DNA of 64,000 nt from Carpediemonas membranifera BICM (lineage: Eukaryota; Protista; Fornicata), in assembly GCA_019828565.1 (NCBI GenBank), contig JAHDYR010000004.1, positions 248,001 to 312,000 on the forward strand, in the 5' to 3' direction. The notes beneath the pieces were generated by a model, which was given only the letters and a program-made list of their open reading frames with translations, ran no database searches and was not told the origin of the DNA. Positions 41,401 through 50,474 of this stretch are shown here, in pieces. Each line of letters begins with the position of its first letter. Position 1 is the first letter of the stretch. The translations under genes and the position numbers were made by a program.

Positions 41401-42656
41401 GCGACCTCATTCTTCCAGCCGCCGAGCCTGCCGCGCGAGAGGATGTCATGCTCCATAAGCCAAGCCTGTGCATCCGCGAGGATCTCAGCCACCGTACTGC
41501 CGTTCCCCGGGACACAAGTCTCCTGGAACTGGGTGGAGACAACCTCTGAGTCCAGGCCGATGAATCCACTCAACCGGAGATAATCAGAGACGGCGTCTGC
41601 AATATCACTCCTGGAGATGTTGTGGGAGGCGCGGAGGTCTACGAGCAGGCTGTAGTGGCCCTTTGGTGCAAGGGCGGCCCCGTAGTTGCTGAGGACGGAG
41701 ACGCGATCGACCAGATCATCGTCGGGGACGCCGTACCAGTGAGACTCCCACAACTCGGAAGGAAGAGTGCCCTTGACGCCGATGCCGACTGTCTGGACGG
41801 TGTTGCACACCATGCGCTGGGCGTAGGCGTTGAAGCGGCGGACGATGGGCTCGGGCGTGTGCGGGCAGGCGGCGACGAGGCGAAGGAGGCTGGGCAGCGG
41901 CATCGTGCTGACGAGCTTGCTGTATGGACGGACGACTGTCTCGTGCGCGTGGCGGATGGTGACCTTGCGGTTGATCGGGTCGACCGCGACGATCTCGTTG
42001 GAATACGAGATGCCGGACTGCTGGTCGGCCGCGAGCCGCGTGAAGAGCTCACCGCTGCCGCCAATGTGCGGGTAGACGAAGGTCCGGCTGACGTTGGTCT
42101 GCTGCGTGACCCACTCGAGCGACGCCGGGACGGCCGCGGCCTCAAAGTCGACCGCGGTGTCGATGCCGCCGTCCACGAGCCAGGCGACGCGTGTGTGGCG
42201 GTCCTGGTCGTGCTCGAGCACAGACGCGAGCAGCCCGTCGAAGTACGCGTAGTGCGACGTCAGCTCGCGCGGCCCGAAGTCCCACTCGAAGCCGTGCACG
42301 TCCTTGTGCGTCGCAGCGATGCCGCCCACGCGATCGGTCGCCTCGTACACCTGGTAGTTGTCGAACCCGAGCTCCTGCAGCCGGTGCGCCGCCCCGAGAC
42401 CCGTCGGGCCGGCGCCAATGACCAATATCGGTGACGTAAAGCTTTGGTAGTCAAGATCTGGGCCTTGTGAGTTAAACTTAGTATAATGGTCTCCTTTCCC
42501 GCCAGAATATGCGTATCCAATGAGCAGCGCGCAGAAAACGAACAACACAACGGCGCAACAAGCCGCCGAAGCATGGAGAAAGTCCTTGCGCGTTCTCGTG
42601 GCAAGAAAGACGATAGATCTTTGTCTTATTGTCCAAAGAGCTCGACTTTGTGGCAT
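38499..42656 (-). CDS. Membrane-anchored tandem fusion: [UDP-galactopyranose-mutase-like + DUF707 glycosyltransferase-like] x2
   Basis: N-terminal TM. Twice IGAGPTGLGAAHRL...GF.WDFG...SHY.YFD...SRGR.G.W..EV.N.DH.FMQGVEA.D...PDFVN (eukaryotic UGM signature). Middle domain PVG...FDF..MRYD..DW....W.......RQ..WW...RFL.P.V..AYDYVFLWDDDI (DUF707). A decayed second DUF707-like segment lies at the C-terminus. Confidence 0.78.
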   Translation of the reverse strand: MPQSRALWTIRQRSIVFLATRTRKDFLHASAACCAVVLFVFCALLIGYAYSGGKGDHYTKFNSQGPDLDYQSFTSPILVIGAGPTGLGAAHRLQELGFDNYQVYEATDRVGGIAATHKDVHGFEWDFGPRELTSHYAYFDGLLASVLEHDQDRHTRVAWLVDGGIDTAVDFEAAAVPASLEWVTQQTNVSRTFVYPHIGGSGELFTRLAADQQSGISYSNEIVAVDPINRKVTIRHAHETVVRPYSKLVSTMPLPSLLRLVAACPHTPEPIVRRFNAYAQRMVCNTVQTVGIGVKGTLPSELWESHWYGVPDDDLVDRVSVLSNYGAALAPKGHYSLLVDLRASHNISRSDIADAVSDYLRLSGFIGLDSEVVSTQFQETCVPGNGSTVAEILADAQAWLMEHDILSRGRLGGWKNEVANIDHLFMQGVEAADAALAGVPEMTYFHPDFVNDPARGKLTGRPNIRNPPPTRIRPVADSAGEWPGIPLDASSHPGPKRCVMSIPVGGHSKRLINKIVTRFGLEQFDFIFMRYDNSDWSELPWASEVTWVDIKRQGEWWYFPRFLTPTVAEAYDYVFLWDDDIDLNPEPGKHGGELFDPMEYLRIAEKHNLQMFQPGMTHSPGWWGSKATGRQTDHNDEGRFVTFVEDMIPAFTRTFYSRVTHKHFHFDKSTGYLYDFMFARDGYRDGMGRYGVIDSTPVAHLDGGSQSVKVVDEATKAKKKEFFRRVMLEQYDYLGSAVPAAPYNPDILSGIADKFGGIVGTVGTFAEYRGVPGNIEKTRRAWETGRYGYYTYAPVLIVGAGPTGLGAAHRLQELGFDNYQVYEATDRVGGIAATHKDVHGFEWDFGPRELTSHYAYFDGLLASVLEHDQDRHTRVAWLVDGGIDTAVDFEAAAVPASLEWVTQQTNVSRTFVYPHIGGSGELFTRLAADQQSGISYSNEIVAVDPINRKVTIRHAHETVVRPYSKLVSTMLLPSLLRLVAACPHTPEPIVRRFNAYAQRMVCNTVQTVGIGVSGVLPTQLLKAHWFIVPDHPNIRRVTVLSNYGKSMAPMGHYSLLVDHEGHPGEQVEVVEGTVVFLRSCGFIADGAKIISREFREACLPANETDTPEVLADAQAWLMEHDILSRGRLGGWKNEVANIDHLFMQGVEAADAALAGVPEMTYFHPDFVNDPARGKLTGRPNQAAVVPFSALPQQVPFHHREAGNIRRIMKDGDIDYFLGPRTPQITDIPAMMVMGGSCAKADTMEKFTELLGFDHYDYAVVGQSVDREILKRSWGLHVVGYSAANRATNWLLSRLILPENSAAYRYIGILADCSKANPFDVLAAVHKMDEGLGYRPGAVPLDFVNIGRTSNTLFRREYFFEVVLPQLLNHSTLDFTDLRGNQWNIE

Positions 42657-42911
42657 GGTGCGCTGTGCTTGACAGGCTCCTGAAAGTGCAGATTAAGGCA
42701 GGACCGAATTGTGAGGCTGGCAGAGTCCTTGTTGGTCATGCTAGGGCTCTTTGTGTCTGCTGGACTCAACCTGGTTTCAGCTGTGGTGACGCCTTGTCAG
42801 GTGATCATATTTTGCAGCTTACCGGGCCACCCGCAGGGAATGGACGGCCGACTGGCTCAATAACCACTTCGCGCCAGATTCCACGATAGATGCTTTATAC
42901 CACTTCACTGT

Positions 42912-43253
42912 TCAAACTGACGATGTCGCCCTCACGTTTACAGCGACGACCTTGACGAAGTTCCGCGTGTCAGCCTCCCCGGGCCCTTCCCTGATCGTCA
43001 GACGATCATCACCGTCCACCTCGAATGTGGAGAACAAGCCGGCCGAGTCACGGAAACATAGGGTGTCGCCCCCGTCATCGGACTCTTCCTCTGATTCATC
43101 TTCGTCAGTGTCTACCTCAAGCTCTGTGAGGCGGCCGAACTCGGTGATCTCATACGGCACCACTATGCCGTTGATCCAAGTGTTCCCGTCCGTGACGACG
43201 AGACACATCGAAGCATCACAGTACATGCCCTTGATAGCATGCGGAATGTGCAT
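42912..43253 (-). CDS. Hypothetical acidic protein, or 3' part of the upstream gene
   Basis: 113-aa ORF with coding-like bias; overlaps 43216-43737 by 38 bp. Confidence 0.45.
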   Translation of the reverse strand: MHIPHAIKGMYCDASMCLVVTDGNTWINGIVVPYEITEFGRLTELEVDTDEDESEEESDDGGDTLCFRDSAGLFSTFEVDGDDRLTIREGPGEADTRNFVKVVAVNVRATSSV

Positions 43254-43737
43254 AGGCCTGGCGCTTTTGAAGCTCGTCCTCGAGGTCGGGATTGGCCCCA
43301 GCTTCCATGAGGATGGCCCACAGCGTTCCCTGGAGCAGGGTGTGCAGGGCGTCGGGAAGCTCCATGTTCTCGTCGAGCTCGACGTTCATCGACAGCGGGG
43401 GGCCGTCGGTGAGGATGGAGCGGGCGCGGTCGAGGAGGGTCTGGGCCTCGGGCTTGAGCGCAGTGATTCTGGACAGCTTCGACTGGAGCTCCTCGAGATC
43501 AACGCTTGTTGCCTTCTTCTCGGCATTCTCAAGTCTGATCGATGGCATGTTTGCCCGAAAGTGCCGTGAGAAGGCATGGGAAAGCAAGGAGGGGATGTTT
43601 CCTGGGATCTCGGAGGCTGCTGCGAGCGAGAGACGATAAGCTGCGATCAGCTCCTCGCGTACATCCGAGAATGTGCGTTCATCGCCATCGAGCTTCGTTT
43701 CCATGCGGACGTCAGCCTCAAATTCTGCAGGGTCCAA
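43216..43737 (-). CDS. Hypothetical helical protein
   Basis: 173-aa ORF with high GC3; start uncertain. Confidence 0.5.
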   Translation of the reverse strand: MDPAEFEADVRMETKLDGDERTFSDVREELIAAYRLSLAAASEIPGNIPSLLSHAFSRHFRANMPSIRLENAEKKATSVDLEELQSKLSRITALKPEAQTLLDRARSILTDGPPLSMNVELDENMELPDALHTLLQGTLWAILMEAGANPDLEDELQKRQAYAHSACYQGHVL

Positions 43738-43935
43738 AAAGTCTTCTCAACCGTGTCACACCATCGTCTTCGTCATCTTAGTCTGTTGTGAGAGACACTA
43801 GTGGTGGAAAGCGGATGTAGCTGGTAGTAAAGACGCTTTGTGTTGTATGATGCTGGTTTCTTGTGTTTTGAGGGATGCTGCCAGCTGATGAACCCTGAAA
43901 AGAAATGATCGATGCAGGCAGCTCAATAGACTCCA

Positions 43936-44460
43936 ATGCCTTCCAAGATATACACGGTGAAGGCTTCCGTTAACAAGGCTATTGGCGAGATTAACGGTGG
44001 AGGCGATAACAACGCGCCGCGGCGAGGAAACCTTGAACCCGGCATGCGTTCTTTCACGCAGGCTAAGTACACATTCACTTGCCTGCTTGCGTGCGTCTCT
44101 GCATCTGCGCACGCGTTGACTGGCATCATGTTCCGGCACAACGTCGTCGTGAGTGTCACGATGGTCTCGGAATTCCGCACTTCCATCGTGTGCCCATACT
44201 GCAAAGCACACTTCAGACGTGTGGTGCACACACACCGCACCATGCTCTGCCAGAATCCCGCGTGCGAGGGAGCTCCATGGCGCGTTGAACGGCTACGTCG
44301 GCATCCCGAGCAGAGAGACATACTTCTCAATCTCTCTCACCGAGATAAGAGCGCCAGCGAGAACATCCTTTGGTGCTCCTTCGATGCAACTTCAGATCAG
44401 ATAGAGCAATCTCCTTTCCACTACGACTCCCAGAGAGGTGCTCTTCCTCGCTATCATTAA
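43936..44460 (+). mobile_element. Fanzor/TnpB-like nuclease fragment 2 (C-terminal RuvC-II / zinc finger / RuvC-III only)
   Basis: VSEFRTSIVCPYC...RTMLCQNPACEGAPW...LNLSHRDKSASENIL, clearly homologous to fragment 1. Confidence 0.78.
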
Positions 44461-44605
44461 CTTGCTAAGTTGAGCAAACACGCGCTGCAGCGGCGCGTGA
44501 TATGCTGCGCACGATTGATAGAGTATGATGAACCACACTGCGATCCTGATACTGCTTGGATCACTGTGTGTTTTGGACTCAACAATTCTAATCCTGCGCG
44601 GCACA
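44461..44605 (+). ncRNA. Candidate Fanzor omega-RNA-like structured region (tentative)
   Basis: Three hairpins directly after the Fanzor stop: 44462-44477, 44479-44499, 44534-44570. The region may instead partly be the 5' exon/intron of the downstream GT21 gene. Confidence 0.25.
44580..44605 (-). repeat. 26-bp perfect inverted repeat, right arm
   Basis: CAACAATTCTAATCCTGCGCGGCACA is the reverse complement of 38265-38290. Confidence 0.9.
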
Positions 44606-44609
44606 TGCA

Positions 44610-46325
44610 GTGTGCATGTTCAGTCTAGTTTTCCTGCTGCTGATTGTTTTTAATGCAGAGGCTTTCGTGACTATCGTGGCCTTTACGTCCTTCTGGGCGA
44701 TCCTTGCCATCTCTCGGTACAAGCTGCGCGGAGTAACTAACAATTACCCTGAAGCCGTGAACGCGGAGCGTACGATGCCCCTTGTATCCGTAGTAATGCC
44801 TATCAAGGGCTTTAACCCAGAGAAGCTCAACTTCTGGCGCGCACAGACGTCCACGTCCTACCAAAACGTCGAGTTCGTCTTCGTGACGGAGAGTAAGAAC
44901 GACCCCGCCACTGAGCACATCGAGGACTTCCTCAGGGAGTTCTACGCCAACCGTAGCCCGTCTGACAGCCGCCACATCGAGTGCAAGCAGGTCATCTCTG
45001 GCCTCTCCTGGCATAACGCCCAGAAGATTCACAACATGATCGCCGGCACCCAGGCGTCCAACCTCGACTCCCGCTACACCCTCTTCCTCGACGACGACCT
45101 CGGGACGAACCCCAACACCATTGAGATCCTCGTCAGGGCGATTGAGGAAGGCATGGCCAACCCCGACGACGAGGACGAGAAGCCTAAGAACTGGATCAGC
45201 ACGGGCTACATCGTGGAGGTGCCCCCGCCCGAGACGAAGTCGACTCTGATGTCTCACTTCCTGTCGCTCTACCGCATCATCAACCTCTCGTCGTTCGCCA
45301 ACAAGTACTGCCCCTTCGCCTGGGGCGGCTGCTTCATGATCCGCACGGCCGACCTGAGGGCCAACCGGCACGGCATCCTGGACATCTGGCGCGACGGCGG
45401 CTACTCGGACGACATGGCCGTCAGCAACATCGCCCACCAGACGGGCAAGAGGATCGTGGCCGACCCGCGCGTACTCTTCAGAGGCGACCTCCGCGTGGTC
45501 GAGCCCGTCAAGAAGACGTTCAACTTCGTCCAGCGCCAGTTCGTCACGCTCGACACGTACTTCACCAGGGCAGACTGGCTCCAGAACAGACTGCAGGTCA
45601 CCCTCGCAGCCCTGGCCCTGCCCGTGATCCTCATCCCCACCCTCTCCGTGATCACCCAGCTCGCGTCCATCGGCCCCTGGGCGGTGTGGTCGCTGTACCA
45701 GTACGTCTCGGACAGGACCCCGCCCTCGCCCTACCTCGCCCTCGACGCACTCATGCTCACTCTCATCCTCATCGCCGCGTACCTCGCCATTGTTGTCAAC
45801 AAGTGGACGCTTACGGTGCTCGTAGACGTGGTGGCCGGCCAGCAGGGCAAGGAGCGGGGCGAGCCCTTCATGTTCAAGAAGTGGGGCTTCGTCGCGGGTG
45901 CCATCATCTACATGGTCGCCGCCCCCACCTTCGCCGTGTCAACCGTGGCCAAACGCACCGTCGACTGGTACGGCGTGCTCTACTCGAAGCAGGGCGGCCG
46001 CATCGTCCGCTGTGCCCGCCACCCGGACGACATGAGACGGCTGGGTGAGCTGGCCGACGACGAGGAGCTCCACCCCTTCGCACAGCACGCTGAGGACGCC
46101 AGGACGGAGCCCCGGGCAGAGATGGCGGGGAGGACGTACGTCGTGGAGCCCGAGACCCGCAAGAACAGGGGCTGGCTGTCCAGAGACCGCGAGGCGTCAC
46201 TCGCAGCAGCGGTGAAGGACAACAGCGAGCTTGGGGGGCAGAAGACGTGTGTCCTGATGCTGAACCCGACGACGGACGGCGTCAGGGCGCGGGTCACGGA
46301 GGTAAGGTCGCTTAATGGAGTGTAA
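44610..46325 (+). CDS. Ceramide glucosyltransferase-like (GT2/GT21, plant-type)
   Basis: VSVVMPIKG, FVTESKNDPA, QKIHN, LFLDDD, FAWGGC, GGYSDD, RQ motif. N- and C-terminal TMs. Confidence 0.82.
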   Translation: MCMFSLVFLLLIVFNAEAFVTIVAFTSFWAILAISRYKLRGVTNNYPEAVNAERTMPLVSVVMPIKGFNPEKLNFWRAQTSTSYQNVEFVFVTESKNDPATEHIEDFLREFYANRSPSDSRHIECKQVISGLSWHNAQKIHNMIAGTQASNLDSRYTLFLDDDLGTNPNTIEILVRAIEEGMANPDDEDEKPKNWISTGYIVEVPPPETKSTLMSHFLSLYRIINLSSFANKYCPFAWGGCFMIRTADLRANRHGILDIWRDGGYSDDMAVSNIAHQTGKRIVADPRVLFRGDLRVVEPVKKTFNFVQRQFVTLDTYFTRADWLQNRLQVTLAALALPVILIPTLSVITQLASIGPWAVWSLYQYVSDRTPPSPYLALDALMLTLILIAAYLAIVVNKWTLTVLVDVVAGQQGKERGEPFMFKKWGFVAGAIIYMVAAPTFAVSTVAKRTVDWYGVLYSKQGGRIVRCARHPDDMRRLGELADDEELHPFAQHAEDARTEPRAEMAGRTYVVEPETRKNRGWLSRDREASLAAAVKDNSELGGQKTCVLMLNPTTDGVRARVTEVRSLNGV

Positions 46326-46442
46326 ACCGCGTTTTCTTAGTTTAGGGAGAGTGTTGGAGGCTAGGCTGTGTGTTGAACCGCGATATTTGACTGTCAGGGT
46401 GGGTTCGATCAGATTTTGAGTTTGATCGAAAAGGACGAACGG

Positions 46443-49400
46443 ATGTCTGCTCGAGGGACACGTGCTACACAGCGACAGCGATCGCTCTTAAGGCATTCTT
46501 TTGTCTCCGAGAACCGGCCTACGTTCACGTCCCGCTCTACGCTCATCACCAACATGCAGCAGGAGGAGGACAAGAACTTTAAGGCTTTTGGCAACATTAG
46601 TTTCACTATTAACCCCACTGCGTTTAACGAAACCATCGAAGGCTTCACTCTAGGGCGTACCAAGCTCGCTAACCAGATCGAGCGCCTGATATTTTCCGTT
46701 TCTGGCCTTGGGGAGATGCATGTTCTCGCAGCCGAACAGATCCACCTCGAATCCCTTGGAAACCAGCCCGTATCAGACTCAGACCCAGCGGAGAAGGCTT
46801 CAGACGCTTGGTTCGTCACACCCAAGGAGACTACCTTCGCCCTCAACGAGGACATGGCCCTCTGCGTCGCCAGAGACTGGGCCGGTGCATACGCCGTCTT
46901 CTTCGTGGACCACCGTACAAAACAGCGCGGCAACGCCATCCTCGCGGGCCTTCCCATCTCCGACCGGGTCACACTGGTCCGGGACGACGTAGTGGACCCG
47001 AGCAAGGACGTACGCCGCCTCACACTCGCGGTTGACGACACAGAGCTCACGTTCACAACCAACGCGGCCAGCAGGAATAGTCTGTGCAAGGCGCTGTCCG
47101 TAGCCGTCCGGGCAATGTACCCCGCCTCTGATACTGTCGGGGCCAAGCTTCTTATGCGTATGTTGTCGGTTGACTTCGCACTCAGTAGGATCGATGACGA
47201 CGATGAGCTCGTGCAGCTACCCGTGGAGGCCCTGCCCTCTTCAAAGCTGCAAGGGCTCGTGGAGAAGATGAAGAGCCTTCCATCCGCAACCATGGAGGCT
47301 AAGGCAAGGCGTAGAGCACTGCTGGAGATCAGGAAGATGGTGAGGAACAACGAGACCCGCAACTTGCTCATCACGGCCCTCGCAGGCGAGCTCGAGGCCA
47401 TTTGCTCAGCCCCGAATATTGCCCAGCAGTTCACGACCCTCAACAACCTCCTACCCGCGATAGAGCAGATGATAGTCTACCCCTGGAAGCACGGGGCGGC
47501 GTTCAACGGGACTCTGGCCCGTGTGCTGGTCGGGGACGACGAGCCCGACCTAGTCTCACTCAAGACACGACTGGAGACGAGGCTGGAGAAGCAGAACCTG
47601 CAGCAGGGCAACCGCACCGCCTGCGAGGGTCTGCTTGCCCGCACCGTCCAGCTCCAGCGGGAGATGACCGCTCTCGACGCTCTCTCGGCGAACTACCCCA
47701 AGGAGGGCCGCACATCTCTCGCCCCCGTCTCTTTCCCCGCTGACTTCCACGTTGACGAGCTTATTGAGAGCATGCGCGGTGTGGTGAAGACGGCGTGGCA
47801 GCCGGGTCTTTACGTGGCGGCCCTGGTCATCGACGAGGCCGACCAGACCGTCCTCATTGAATCCTCAGGCAACCTGCCCAGCGTGCTGGTGTCAGATCCT
47901 ATCTCATCCCCCATGAAGATGGAGGAGTTCAGTCCTGAGGACGCCATGTGGCTGCGGTCGTCTGCCGCGAGGGATGCAAAGATCATCGCCACGGACAAGC
48001 GGACCGTGAGCAACTCCACCGACCTGCGCGGCAAGGTGCTCAGCGGCCTCGTGGAGCTCAGCAAGACCCTCAACCTGCAAGAACTCGGTCTACCCTACGA
48101 CAGGCTCGTCGTCCTCAGCAACCCAAGGCGGGGCAAGAGTGACGCGTCGACTCCACCCCCTGATGGCGAGGCAGACTCGTCGTACCAGAACGACAAGGCC
48201 GACCCGGACAGGTCGATCAGGGTCGTGCTCCACGTGAGACTTGTTAACAGTGGAGTCAAGCCCGATGATAAGAAGAACAAGAGACGGCAGGCGAAGGAGG
48301 CCACTGGGTACAAGATCAGAGGCGCCTCCTGGGTCTCCTGCAATGACGCCGAGCTCGCCCTCTACCACTCCTACGCGGGCGTATCTAAGAACGTGAATAT
48401 GGAGTCACTCCCCAAGGGTTTCGACGGCATCAGATTCATCAGGGCCGCGGAGGACTACTACCGCCTGAGGCAGCCCCAGGCAGACGTGCCCGCCGGGGTC
48501 CACCTGACCCGAGTCCATCTCCTGCCAGACATCACAGGAGACTACGTCCTCGTCGACACGGTCTCGCGGCAGCTGCCCGTCTACTCTCTCGACGGCTGTG
48601 TGGGCACCAGCTACGTCCCCATGGATGCTGACCTATGGGGTTGGGTGCAGTCCATCGCTGTGCACAGGGCCAGAGAGGGGCCGACGAGCAGTTTAAGGGT
48701 CGACCCTGAGGTGGACAAGGAGAAGGTGTTCATCGTGGAGAGGCTCAGAGAGGCGTACATGTCCGCGTTGGAGGACATGATAGCCGACTGGGGCGACGAG
48801 GGCGTGCTTTACGATAGCACGCCCATCCTGCTCGACGAAGACCAGCGGATCCAGCTCATCCCGTACATCACCGTATGGGAGAGCGCCGAGCTCCCTCCAG
48901 CCATCAGGCCCGACTACGTGTGGCGTCCTATCGAGTCGATCGAGACCGACTACGCCACGCGGCACCAGGGACTGCGGCTCAGCCAGTACCGGGCGGACGT
49001 CGTCAGAGCAGAGGAGTCTCTGAGAGAGGCTAGGGCCCTCGCAAGAACCACTGGCAACGGCAACGCTGTACGTCTCGCCCAGGGAGCCCTCGAGGCCAAG
49101 CAGACCGTGTGGCAACCCATGCGGTGGCTCACCCCTGTCCAGGCTTGGGCTGCCCTTGGCATGAAGTCGGTGCTCGAGCCGTTCTCCAAGCAGCTGGCGG
49201 ACCCAGCCTTCCCTATATCAGAGTTGCTTGCTCAGGCAAACCAGCGGTATCTGATGGACGTCGGGGGGATCACAAACGACTTTGTGTTTAGAGTGGTCAC
49301 GTCTCGCGTGTCATCAGATGATCTTCAAATGGCCTTGAAGAAGCACTACTCTGACGTGGTCGAGCCCGTTCTCCGGCTGCTGAACACCTCTGATGGTGAG

Positions 49401-50474
49401 GACGGCGGTGATGGCATCGGCCTTACCATCCCCGCCAAGGGCGTCGCACACAACGCTGAGTCGTGGCAGCTGGTGGACTCCATCGTCAGGAACTTACTGG
49501 GCATCTCGGGAGACGACGTGGACGCCCCAAATCCCGTCATGCGGCCGGCCGAGCAGGTTGAGATGGGCACCCCGCCTCTGGAGATGCTGGATGTCGAGTT
49601 CTCCCTCAAGGACTTGCTGACCAAGGTCGACTTCAAGCTCACAACGTACGACATCTGCCGCTGCCTCGTGGAGGAGCTTGTCGAGACCTCGCTGGTGCAG
49701 ACGGTCGACACGCCCATCTTCCTCGAGGTGGAGAACACCCTTGACGACATCGTCGAGGTGGTTGTGACCACTACTGAACTGGTCGAGGACGCAGTTTGGG
49801 ACGCGATACACAGCATGACCCGCCGTACCCTCGAGCAGGAGAAGGGGCTCCTCAACGACAAGATCTCCTCGCTCTTCACCCAACCCCTCTCCGACGTAGA
49901 CATACCCGATGACCCAAGCGTGCCCGTCGCCGTTGATGTTGACGTCAGGCTCCCTGCCAAGCCCATGCCGCTGCAGTACGCGGACCTTGTCACCCCGTTC
50001 ACCCCGGCAATTCGGCAGATGGCGGACAGACACGCCCAGCTCGTTCGTATGGCCCGGGACGTACTAGCCGTAGCTGACAGTGGCCGAGAGCTGGCCCCGA
50101 TAGTGGATACCGTGACTGAGATGACCGAGGCGGCTGAAACGAGGTACGCCACAGCCTTGGAGAAAGCTGAGCGGGCCAAGAGAGCTCACCTTGTCCAGCA
50201 GAGGAAGCTGCTCAGACACGAGACACCGACTGCGGTCAAGCCATCGCCCAAGCCACGTACCTCTCTCATCCCGCCCCCGACGGCGTCAGTGTCCATCGCC
50301 GAGCTCATCAGCAACTCTCCTGTGTCTAAGCCTGCAACCCCGACCCGCAGCACGACTGCCAGCCCGAGTCACCGGGAGAGGCCCACACGGCTTCGTGGGT
50401 CAGCCAAGACGGAGCACTTCATAAGAGGATTGAAGAATCTGAATAGCGTGTACCACCAGTCCATGGGAATTTGA
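46443..50474 (+). CDS. Large hypothetical protein
   Basis: About 1340-aa uninterrupted ORF with strong codon bias; no family recognised. Confidence 0.75.
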   Translation: MSARGTRATQRQRSLLRHSFVSENRPTFTSRSTLITNMQQEEDKNFKAFGNISFTINPTAFNETIEGFTLGRTKLANQIERLIFSVSGLGEMHVLAAEQIHLESLGNQPVSDSDPAEKASDAWFVTPKETTFALNEDMALCVARDWAGAYAVFFVDHRTKQRGNAILAGLPISDRVTLVRDDVVDPSKDVRRLTLAVDDTELTFTTNAASRNSLCKALSVAVRAMYPASDTVGAKLLMRMLSVDFALSRIDDDDELVQLPVEALPSSKLQGLVEKMKSLPSATMEAKARRRALLEIRKMVRNNETRNLLITALAGELEAICSAPNIAQQFTTLNNLLPAIEQMIVYPWKHGAAFNGTLARVLVGDDEPDLVSLKTRLETRLEKQNLQQGNRTACEGLLARTVQLQREMTALDALSANYPKEGRTSLAPVSFPADFHVDELIESMRGVVKTAWQPGLYVAALVIDEADQTVLIESSGNLPSVLVSDPISSPMKMEEFSPEDAMWLRSSAARDAKIIATDKRTVSNSTDLRGKVLSGLVELSKTLNLQELGLPYDRLVVLSNPRRGKSDASTPPPDGEADSSYQNDKADPDRSIRVVLHVRLVNSGVKPDDKKNKRRQAKEATGYKIRGASWVSCNDAELALYHSYAGVSKNVNMESLPKGFDGIRFIRAAEDYYRLRQPQADVPAGVHLTRVHLLPDITGDYVLVDTVSRQLPVYSLDGCVGTSYVPMDADLWGWVQSIAVHRAREGPTSSLRVDPEVDKEKVFIVERLREAYMSALEDMIADWGDEGVLYDSTPILLDEDQRIQLIPYITVWESAELPPAIRPDYVWRPIESIETDYATRHQGLRLSQYRADVVRAEESLREARALARTTGNGNAVRLAQGALEAKQTVWQPMRWLTPVQAWAALGMKSVLEPFSKQLADPAFPISELLAQANQRYLMDVGGITNDFVFRVVTSRVSSDDLQMALKKHYSDVVEPVLRLLNTSDGEDGGDGIGLTIPAKGVAHNAESWQLVDSIVRNLLGISGDDVDAPNPVMRPAEQVEMGTPPLEMLDVEFSLKDLLTKVDFKLTTYDICRCLVEELVETSLVQTVDTPIFLEVENTLDDIVEVVVTTTELVEDAVWDAIHSMTRRTLEQEKGLLNDKISSLFTQPLSDVDIPDDPSVPVAVDVDVRLPAKPMPLQYADLVTPFTPAIRQMADRHAQLVRMARDVLAVADSGRELAPIVDTVTEMTEAAETRYATALEKAERAKRAHLVQQRKLLRHETPTAVKPSPKPRTSLIPPPTASVSIAELISNSPVSKPATPTRSTTASPSHRERPTRLRGSAKTEHFIRGLKNLNSVYHQSMGI

